DNA of 64,000 nucleotides. Source: an uncultured Acidobacteriota bacterium (GTDB lineage: Bacteria > Acidobacteriota > Terriglobia > Terriglobales > SCQP01). The notes under the pieces were generated by a model, which saw nothing but the letters and a program-made list of their open reading frames with translations, was not told the origin of the DNA and ran no database searches. Position 1 is the stretch's first letter, and every line of letters begins with the position of its first letter. A program made the position numbers and the translations under genes. Positions 46,844 to 54,318 of the stretch are shown here, piece after piece. Location of the stretch: contig CALEJU010000036.1 of NCBI GenBank assembly GCA_937898755.1, forward strand, positions 5,859 to 69,858. Direction: 5' to 3'.

Positions 46844-47356
46844 GTGGCAACGATTTCCGGGCGCCGCGGTCACCGCCGGCTGCTGGGGCTCGCCTTGTTG
46901 CTGGGCTGGAACATGGCGTGCCACGCGCGTGCCCGTCCTGGCGCCGCCGCGCCGGACTTCAAGCTCACTACCGCTCAAGGGCATGTGCGCCGCCTGGCCG
47001 ATTATCGTGGCCGCGTCTTGGTGCTGAACTTCTGGGCAACATGGTGTCCGCCCTGCGTCGAGGAAGTGCCCTCGCTCAATCTGCTGCAGCGTCGCTTGGA
47101 GGGCACGCATGTTACGGTGCTGGCGATCTCTGTCGACCAGGACGCTGCAGCCTACCAACGATTTCTGCACACCTACGGCATTCTATTCCCCACGGCCCGT
47201 GATGCCGAAGCGGAGATTCCACGCCGCTACGGCACGGTCCGCTACCCGGAGACGTACATCATCGACCCGGACGGCCGGGTCGCGCGCAAGATCGTCGGGC
47301 CCACCGATTGGAACAACCCGGAGATGGTGCAGTATTTGCGCGATCTGGCACGTTAA
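46844..47356 (+). CDS. TlpA-like thiol:disulfide oxidoreductase (redoxin)
   Basis: Contains APDFKLTTAQG and VLNFWATWCPPCVEEVP (CxxC). The track ORF 46574.. overlaps the divergent GT2 gene, so I trimmed it to the in-frame GTG at 46844, ahead of the hydrophobic LLGLALLLGW. The start is uncertain. Confidence 0.7.
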   Translation: MATISGRRGHRRLLGLALLLGWNMACHARARPGAAAPDFKLTTAQGHVRRLADYRGRVLVLNFWATWCPPCVEEVPSLNLLQRRLEGTHVTVLAISVDQDAAAYQRFLHTYGILFPTARDAEAEIPRRYGTVRYPETYIIDPDGRVARKIVGPTDWNNPEMVQYLRDLAR

Positions 47357-47394
47357 CCGCGCTGTACGCCTCGATGGTCCTGAGGCAGCGTGTC

Positions 47395-49020
47395 CTAGCG
47401 TTCCGTCTCGGGATCCAGCCTCACGGCTTTGCGCGATGGTGCCGGCGTCTGCACTCCGCTCTGAAACGATTCGAGACAGGTCTTAAAAAGTCTGGCCGTC
47501 GCTAGGGCCCGCGCGACCGGAACGGCGGCGAACCCCAGCAGCAAATGCTGCATTCCTGGCTCGCTCCCTTCCGCGGCGGGCAGAAAATACGGCGCCGCCG
47601 CCGCGAACAGCAGCCCGTGTTCCCGGCAGTGTTCCTGCAGGGCGGTGGCCGAGCTCTCGGACTGCAGCTCGCACCAAAGGTTGGTCCCGGCATCGGGCAG
47701 AGTCCATCGCAGACTGGTTCCGACCTCCTGCTGCAGCGCGTTAGTCAGGGCTTCCAGTCGCAACCGGCACTCCCGTCGAAGCTTTCTCAAATGTGTTTCG
47801 AAATGCCCACGCGTCAGAAACTCGGCGACCGCCGCCTGTACCAGCAGTGAGCTGTGGGAATCGGTCAACATTTTGAGAGCCGCCAACCGGCGCGTCATCT
47901 CTGGCGGCGCCACCGCAAATCCCAGTCGCAGACCGGGCAGAAGCGATTTTGAAAAGCTGCCCAAATTAACACAGCGCCCAGGAGGGAGCGACATGTACAG
48001 GGGATGGATAGCCGGACCTTGGAAACGCAACTCCGCTGCGTAGTCGTCCTCGATCACTAGAAAATTAAACTTTTCGGCCAGTTCGGCGAGCAGTACGCGG
48101 CGCGCGGGGGCCAGACGGACGGCGGTGGGCCACTGGCAGTTGGGCGTGAGATAAACCAACTTCAGGCGTGGCGCACGCCGCCTTTGCAATAAGCGAGCGA
48201 GCCGAGGGATATCGGCGCCTTGGACATCCACCGGGAGCGCCACCAGCTCAGCGCCTTCCAGTTTAAATCGCTGCCGAGCAGGCGGATAGCCGGGGTTTTC
48301 CACCGCCACCTGATCGCCCGGCTCGATGTAGATGCGGGCGATCAGGTCCAGTGCCTGTTGCGAGCCCGTCGTCACAACGATCTCACCCGGGTCTGCGGTG
48401 ACACCCCGCGAGAACAGGAACTCGGAAAGTGCCTCGCGCAGACCCTCCAACCCAAGGGGATGGTCTTGCTGCGTCAGTCGCCGCCATTGCCGTCCCACCA
48501 CTTCATCCAGCACCCGGCGAAACGTGTCCCAAGGAAAAAGATCCAAGGCCAACAAGCCGCTGTTGAGGTTGACGCCGGCGGAGCGGCGCGCTTCGAGCAG
48601 GGTTACTCGATCGTCGACCCCTGGCAGGGCGCGGCCCAGCGCCGAAAATGCCGGCCCGCTGCCGCTCGCCTGCGTGGCGCGTCGCCTGACTGCCTGACCT
48701 TCGACCGCGCGGGGTCGCAGCCCGCGCCCCGAGGGCGCGACGGTGTCTTCCGGTAGTTGCTGGGCAACAAAAGTTCCCCGTCCCGGACCTGCTTCAACGT
48801 ATCCCTGCGCACTCAGTTCGTTGTACGCGGCGATGACGGTATTGCGGTGCACCCCGCAGGCAACCGCCAACCCGCGCGTGGGCGGCAGCTTTCGTCCCCG
48901 CGGCAAGTGCCCGGCCTGAATAAAGCCAACAATCTGCTCCGCGATCTGTTGAAACAAGGGCGTGCTTGCCCCGGCGGCGAGGTGGAGCGGTAAATCGAGC
49001 ACAGCGTGATGGTACGCCAA
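47395..49020 (-). CDS. MocR/PdxR-subfamily GntR transcriptional regulator with aminotransferase-fold domain
   Basis: The N-terminal wHTH is LPPTRGLAVACGVHRNTVIAAYNELSAQGYV. The C-terminal fold-type-I domain has GSFSKSLLPGLRLGFAV (PLP-Lys context). Confidence 0.85.
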   Translation of the reverse strand: MAYHHAVLDLPLHLAAGASTPLFQQIAEQIVGFIQAGHLPRGRKLPPTRGLAVACGVHRNTVIAAYNELSAQGYVEAGPGRGTFVAQQLPEDTVAPSGRGLRPRAVEGQAVRRRATQASGSGPAFSALGRALPGVDDRVTLLEARRSAGVNLNSGLLALDLFPWDTFRRVLDEVVGRQWRRLTQQDHPLGLEGLREALSEFLFSRGVTADPGEIVVTTGSQQALDLIARIYIEPGDQVAVENPGYPPARQRFKLEGAELVALPVDVQGADIPRLARLLQRRRAPRLKLVYLTPNCQWPTAVRLAPARRVLLAELAEKFNFLVIEDDYAAELRFQGPAIHPLYMSLPPGRCVNLGSFSKSLLPGLRLGFAVAPPEMTRRLAALKMLTDSHSSLLVQAAVAEFLTRGHFETHLRKLRRECRLRLEALTNALQQEVGTSLRWTLPDAGTNLWCELQSESSATALQEHCREHGLLFAAAAPYFLPAAEGSEPGMQHLLLGFAAVPVARALATARLFKTCLESFQSGVQTPAPSRKAVRLDPETER

Positions 49021-49067
49021 TGGTCTAGTGCGGTCTACTGGGGGCCGGTCCCAGGACTTGCACCGGA

Positions 49068-50345
49068 TTAGAGATAACGCGCTCGACTCTCCGGCGTTTC
49101 GGGGGCCTTGGGGACAATGGTGATTCCCGAATCATCCACATGGTAGCCGTGCGCGCGATCCGCGTCGGGGTCGAACCCCACCGTGCTGCCCGGGGGAATG
49201 TGGGCGTTTTTATCAATGATGGCGCGCTGCACGCGCGCCCCGCGACCGATGACCACGTTGTCCATCAGAATGGCCTCGTTGACATGCGCCTGCTCGTCCA
49301 CGACCACGTTGCGGCTAAGGATGGAGTCCTTCACGAAGCCGCCGGCGATGATGCAGCCGCCGGTAATCAACGATTGCACCGCCTCGCCACGCCGCAATGC
49401 TTCGTCAAAAACGAACTTGACCGGCGGAGTGTTGAAGCTGGCGCTCATGATCGGCCAGGCAAAGTTATAAAGATTGAGCTCCGGCGTGATGCTGCGGAGA
49501 TCCATGTTGGTCTCGAAATAGGTGCCGATGGTGCCGACGTCGCGCCAGTAGGGCCGTTCCACTTCGTAGCCACGATGAACGGGAATGCGATTCGTGGTGA
49601 AGTCGTAGGCGTAAACGTCCATCTTCTGCACCATCTCAGGAAAGATGGATTTGCCGAAGTCGTGGTCGCCCCCTTGGGCCGCATCCTGGATGAGCACGTC
49701 AACCAGGACATTGGTATCGAAGATGTAATTGCCCATGGAGACGAGGGAGCGATCGTTTTGGCCGGGGATGCGGGGCGCGTCCTCGGGCATCGGCTTTTCC
49801 ACGAACCGCTCAATGCGCAGGTTGGGGTTGACTTCGGCCACGCCAAACTGGCGTACTTCTTCCGCCTCCACCGGCAAGCACGCCACGGTCGCCGCTGCCC
49901 CGTGTTCGAAATGAAAATCCGCCATCTGGCGAATATTCATCTTGTAGACATGGTCGGCGCCAAACACCGCTACTGCGTCCGGCGCGAACTGTTCGATCAG
50001 GTTGAGATTCTGATAGATGGCGTCGGCGGTGCCGCGATACCAGACGTCGCCCATCTGCATCTGCGCCGGCACAATGGTGGCGAAAGCTTCTCGCGTTCCA
50101 CCCATGAAGCCCCAGGCGCGCTGGATGTGGGTGATGAGCGATTGCGCCTTGTACTGTGTCAGGACATAGACGGCGTCAATGCCGGAGTTGACCAGGTTGC
50201 TTAAAACGAAGTCAATGATGCGGTAGCGTCCGCCGAAGGGCACCGAGGGCTTGGAGCGGTGTTTGGTCAGCGGATAGAGCCGCTCCCCTTTGCCCCCGGC
50301 AAGAACGATGGCGAGAATACGTTGGCGACCGCGGGATGGCGACAT
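49068..50345 (-). CDS. glgC: glucose-1-phosphate adenylyltransferase
   Basis: Contains AIVLAGGKGERLYPLTKHRSKPSVPFGG and WYRGTADAI, with a C-terminal left-handed beta-helix. Trimmed to the ATG at 50345; the track start at 50435 is a TTG. Confidence 0.9.
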   Translation of the reverse strand: MSPSRGRQRILAIVLAGGKGERLYPLTKHRSKPSVPFGGRYRIIDFVLSNLVNSGIDAVYVLTQYKAQSLITHIQRAWGFMGGTREAFATIVPAQMQMGDVWYRGTADAIYQNLNLIEQFAPDAVAVFGADHVYKMNIRQMADFHFEHGAAATVACLPVEAEEVRQFGVAEVNPNLRIERFVEKPMPEDAPRIPGQNDRSLVSMGNYIFDTNVLVDVLIQDAAQGGDHDFGKSIFPEMVQKMDVYAYDFTTNRIPVHRGYEVERPYWRDVGTIGTYFETNMDLRSITPELNLYNFAWPIMSASFNTPPVKFVFDEALRRGEAVQSLITGGCIIAGGFVKDSILSRNVVVDEQAHVNEAILMDNVVIGRGARVQRAIIDKNAHIPPGSTVGFDPDADRAHGYHVDDSGITIVPKAPETPESRARYL

Positions 50346-50471
50346 AGCGCAACCTTGACGCAACATGCTACCCGAAAAGAACACCGGGACGGAGGTCAAA
50401 CCGATTTGTATCCGCGATTCCGGAGCACCTGACAAGGCATCCCGGGCGTTCTGCCCGCCCCCCTGCCGCAG

Positions 50472-51161
50472 TCAACTGGAGCCGGGGGAGCATCCCGGCG
50501 TGGATGCCGAGGCACTGAACAGCGATTGGTTGGTTAACGGGGGCGTGGAGCTGCGGACCAGATCAATGAAATGTGCGTGCACACGAAGGTCGGAACTCAA
50601 TTCGGGATGGAAGGTAGCCGCCATTACTTGTCCCTGCTGCACGGCAACCGGGAGTTCGCCTTCTTGGGCAAGCACCCTCACTCCCGTACCCAGACGCGAG
50701 AACTGCGGCGCGCGGATGAAGACCATCTCCAGCTGCTGCGCCGATTCGGGGGCAGGCAACCAGTTCCCTTGCCGAATGGAACTATCCACCTGGCGCCCAT
50801 AGGCGTTCCGGACGATGGTGGCGTCGAGGACGCCGAGCGAGAGTTGCGCCGGGTGCGTCACTTCGCGGCTAAGGAGGATGGCCCCGGCGCAAGTCCCCAG
50901 CACTGGACGCGTCTGGACGAACGCCAGAAGCTGTTCCCAGCAACCCTCCTCCTGGAGCAGTTTCAGCATCGTGGTGCTCTCGCCTCCCGGCAGAATCAGG
51001 CCGTCCAGCCCGTCAAAGTCCTGGGCGCGGCTCACGTATTTCCAGAACAGTTCCTGTCCGCCCGGATGCGCACCCGCCGCGCAGGGCGCCGCCCCGAGGC
51101 GTTCCAAGGCGCGAGCATGGGCCGCAAAGGCCCCTTGCAGAGCGAGAATACCGATGGTCAT
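50472..51161 (-). CDS. pdxT: pyridoxal 5'-phosphate synthase, glutaminase subunit
   Basis: Contains MTIGILALQGAF, LILPGGESTTM, GTCAGAILL (catalytic Cys) and ATFHPELS. At 229 aa it is somewhat longer than usual, with an internal and a C-terminal extension. Confidence 0.9.
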   Translation of the reverse strand: MTIGILALQGAFAAHARALERLGAAPCAAGAHPGGQELFWKYVSRAQDFDGLDGLILPGGESTTMLKLLQEEGCWEQLLAFVQTRPVLGTCAGAILLSREVTHPAQLSLGVLDATIVRNAYGRQVDSSIRQGNWLPAPESAQQLEMVFIRAPQFSRLGTGVRVLAQEGELPVAVQQGQVMAATFHPELSSDLRVHAHFIDLVRSSTPPLTNQSLFSASASTPGCSPGSS

Positions 51162-51175
51162 GGGGTTGTTCCGGC

Positions 51176-52057
51176 CTACCAGCCACGCGTTTGCAACTGT
51201 TCCTCGGGGCGCAGGGTGGCGATGCTGATGCCGCGCATTGGTTCACCCAGTTCCTCGCTCACTTCGAGCAGCACCTGCGGATCGGCGAAATGGGTGACTG
51301 CTCGCACCATGGCACGTGCCAGGGCGGCGGGGTCCTCGGACTTGAAAATTCCGGAGCCCACAAAGACCGCCTCCGCCCCCAGTTGCATGACCAGTGAAGC
51401 GTCAGCTGGCGTGGCGATGCCTCCGGCCGAGAAGTTGGGCACCGGCAACTGGCCTTCCTTGGCCACCAGGCGCACCAACTCGTAGGGCGCCTGCAGCTCC
51501 TTGGCCCGGGTGTAAAGCTCGTCCGGTCCCAGTAGCGTAAGCTCACGCATTTCGCGCACGATGGCGCGGATGTGTTGCACCGCATGGACGACATCGCCGG
51601 TACCCGCTTCGCCCTTGGTGCGAATCATGGCCGCCCCTTCGGCAATCCGGCGCAGCGCTTCGCCCAAATTGCGCGCTCCGCAAACGAAGGGCACCTTGAA
51701 GGCGTGCTTGTCGACGTGATGTTTCTCATCGGCTGGCGTGAGCACTTCGCTCTCGTCAACGTAGTCGACCCCCAGCTCCTGCAGAATCTGCCCCTCGACG
51801 AAGTGTCCGATGCGGCACTTGGCCATGACCGGGATCGAAACCGTCTGCATGATCTCCCGTATCTTGCGAATGCTCGACATGCGGGCCACGCCGCCCTCAC
51901 GGCGGATGTCGGCAGGAATGCGTTCCAGCGCCATGACCGCACAGGCTCCCGCCTGTTCCGCGATGCGGGCCTGGTCGGCATTCGTGACATCCATGATGAC
52001 GCCACCCTTGAGCATCTCGGCCAAGCCGGTCTTGAGGCGCAACCCGTTGAGTTCCAT
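51176..52057 (-). CDS. pdxS: pyridoxal 5'-phosphate synthase, lyase subunit
   Basis: Contains [27 protein letters not shown] and [15 protein letters not shown]. Trimmed to the ATG at 52057, which gives a canonical ~294-aa protein. Confidence 0.95.
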   Translation of the reverse strand: MELNGLRLKTGLAEMLKGGVIMDVTNADQARIAEQAGACAVMALERIPADIRREGGVARMSSIRKIREIMQTVSIPVMAKCRIGHFVEGQILQELGVDYVDESEVLTPADEKHHVDKHAFKVPFVCGARNLGEALRRIAEGAAMIRTKGEAGTGDVVHAVQHIRAIVREMRELTLLGPDELYTRAKELQAPYELVRLVAKEGQLPVPNFSAGGIATPADASLVMQLGAEAVFVGSGIFKSEDPAALARAMVRAVTHFADPQVLLEVSEELGEPMRGISIATLRPEEQLQTRGW

Positions 52058-52259
52058 GCTTCTACAGTGCACCGCATCGTTCTGCCGGACCAGTACCAAC
52101 TCCCCACGGACCACCTAGACCATTGCCCTCGGAATACGGCGCTTTGCGCCCCGTCGCCATTTTCAGTGCGGCTTGTGCCCTATCAACCGCCTCTGACCCG
52201 TTGGTGCAGCTTGCGCCCGTCTGCGAGCCCGGACCTCGGACCTGCCAGGAGGCCCCGGT

Positions 52260-52288
52260 TTGACAGCCTGCTCGCCAAAGCGTACTAA
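52260..52288 (+). promoter_or_regulatory. sigma-70-like promoter candidate TTGACA-N17-TACTAA for the VWA gene
   Basis: Read directly: TTGACA at 52260..52265, a 17-nt spacer, and TACTAA at 52283..52288. GGAGGG (52307..52312) lies 5 nt before the ATG at 52318. Confidence 0.4.
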
Positions 52289-52317
52289 CGAACTAGATAT
52301 GAAACCGGAGGGACCTA

Positions 52318-54186
52318 ATGCGGAACCGCGGCGCCGACTCTCGCCACCCTGGATGGGCGGCCATCGTGACGGTACTGCTGGCGTTTGCCGGGGCTCGGTG
52401 GGCGGCCGCCCAAAGGCCGTCCTCCGTGGCACCCCTGACGTTTCACGCGGACACTCAAGTCGTGCTGGTGCCGGTGGATGTTCGGGATCGGAGCGGCAGG
52501 ATTATTGCGAACCTCAAGCCCTCTGATTTTCGCCTGGAGGTCGGCGGCGCCCCGATGCCGATCGCAGCTCTGGATCATTTTCAGGCGCATTCGACGAGCG
52601 GACCATCCCCGTCCGTGGACGAGTCAGCCAGCACGCTTCCGGCTAACAGCTTTACCAACCAAGCGTCTGGACCAAGAGGTTCGAACAACCTCGTCATTCT
52701 ATTGCTGGATTTCCTGAATACCACGCTCGCCGACCGGATCGTACTGCGCCAACAGCTCTTAAGTTTTTTGGCCCACCGCCTGAAAAATGGCCAGGAGATT
52801 GGCATCTATGGGCTCGGAAGTCGGCTGGCCCTGCTGCAACCGTTCAGCCGTGATGCCGGTCCCTTGATCGCGACGGCGCAGCGTCTGTTGCGACAAAAAG
52901 ATGCCCCGCCGGCTCCAAAAAGCTTTGTGTCCGTCGTACCCGCGGAGGTGGCCGGTACCGCGCCCAACGCCGCCAGCTTGACCGGTACCGTGTTTACTGC
53001 GCCCGCTCCGCCGGCCGGCACCCCGGCCCAACAAGGCGAGTCGCAGCCGAAGTATGCCGGATCTGATCAAGCGATCGAGTTCATGCAGGCAAAGGGAGAC
53101 TGGCAGGCCAACAACTTCCGGCAACACTCGCGCGCCGCGGAGACCTTGGCCCAGTTGCGCGAACTGGCCCACGCCTTCGCGGGCGTACCAGGACGAAAAA
53201 GCGTCATCTGGCTGACGGGCGACATCTCCCCACTCAACCCCAGCATGATGTACATGACTGTTTTGCACGATCCGTCGATGGCGACTCTGCGGACCCCTGA
53301 ATGGCAGGTTGCGGAGACCTTCGACGCCCTCAATGCCGCCAGCATGACGCTGATTCCTGTGGATGTTCGAGGCGTGGTCAACACCGGACTGGCCGAGGCT
53401 GACCACAGTCTCAGCCACAGCGAGTTCATGCAGACAATCGCCGAAAGTCAGCCGAACGACGAATCGCCGTACTCCGGCGCCGTCGACCTTCGAGAGGGCG
53501 AAACGGCGAATGCGAAACTCGCCATGTTGACGGCGGCACATGAGACGGGTGGCACCGTCCTAGAGGGCAGCAATGACCTGGGCAAGCTGCTGGCGCACGC
53601 CCAGGCACTCTGGTCCGATTACTACGTCATCAGCTTCCACCCGCCGCCCTTGGCGCCAGACGCTCCTCCCCGCTATCACCGCATTACCGTGCATGTGAAT
53701 GTGCCCGGCGCCCGGGTTCACGCCCGCCAAGGCTACGCTGACCGCCCTTCAGGAATGTTGGCCTCCGCGCAGGAGGAAGTACGAGACTTCCGGGAAGCCG
53801 TGCAGTCGCCGGTGGACCTGACCGCACTGCCCTTACGACTTGACAGCAATGGCATCGAACGTCGCGGCAAACTGCTGACGCTGCCCTTCGGCCTGACCGT
53901 CAGACGCGATGCCTTGACGCCCAGAGCGGCGGCGGACGGCTTCGAGTACAACGTCTCATTCCTGACCGTGGTGCGGGACCGACACGGGAAACTTGTCGGC
54001 CATGCCGAGCGCCACTTTCACGAGGTATTGAATGCCGCGCAGGCGGCACGTCTGGAACGTACAGGACTGACTTACGCCGGCCGATTTGAAGCCCCGGCCG
54101 GGGATATCTACTTTGGACGCGTCATTGTCAGAAACAATCTCACCGGGACAATGGGCAGCATCACCCTGGAACTTCCCTGGGAGTGA
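52318..54186 (+). CDS. secreted VWA-domain protein of the VWFA-related Acidobacterial-domain type
   Basis: Signal-like N-terminus (IVTVLLAFAGARWAAA). It has the characteristic start of this family (FHADTQVVLVPVDVRDRSGR...LKPSDFRLEVGG) and a VWA-like core (VILLLDFLNT...). The family was recalled from memory (TIGR03436-like) and not searched. Confidence 0.7.
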   Translation: MRNRGADSRHPGWAAIVTVLLAFAGARWAAAQRPSSVAPLTFHADTQVVLVPVDVRDRSGRIIANLKPSDFRLEVGGAPMPIAALDHFQAHSTSGPSPSVDESASTLPANSFTNQASGPRGSNNLVILLLDFLNTTLADRIVLRQQLLSFLAHRLKNGQEIGIYGLGSRLALLQPFSRDAGPLIATAQRLLRQKDAPPAPKSFVSVVPAEVAGTAPNAASLTGTVFTAPAPPAGTPAQQGESQPKYAGSDQAIEFMQAKGDWQANNFRQHSRAAETLAQLRELAHAFAGVPGRKSVIWLTGDISPLNPSMMYMTVLHDPSMATLRTPEWQVAETFDALNAASMTLIPVDVRGVVNTGLAEADHSLSHSEFMQTIAESQPNDESPYSGAVDLREGETANAKLAMLTAAHETGGTVLEGSNDLGKLLAHAQALWSDYYVISFHPPPLAPDAPPRYHRITVHVNVPGARVHARQGYADRPSGMLASAQEEVRDFREAVQSPVDLTALPLRLDSNGIERRGKLLTLPFGLTVRRDALTPRAAADGFEYNVSFLTVVRDRHGKLVGHAERHFHEVLNAAQAARLERTGLTYAGRFEAPAGDIYFGRVIVRNNLTGTMGSITLELPWE

Positions 54187-54318
54187 GGCGGAAACTTGGG
54201 CCCGGCTGCACGAGCGCAGCCGCTGCCAGCGCCCTGACGCCTTGCATCTGCAGGACCACCACCTTGGATTCCGGCGCGACGGTCATCTCGCGCCACCCGT
54301 GGTCACGGGTTCTTGCGC

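Noticed and set aside
46168-47202. 344-aa plus-strand ORF, plus similar antisense ORFs opposite hom (8043..8945), GH57 (28235..29176), glyQ (38213..39097), glgC (49140..50204), rng (54313..55128) and mrdA (59389..60495)
   Set aside because: Each lies opposite a gene with strong family motifs. All are Arg/Gly/Ala/His-rich with no recognisable domain. This pattern is expected for GC-rich genomes, where the antisense frame lacks stops.
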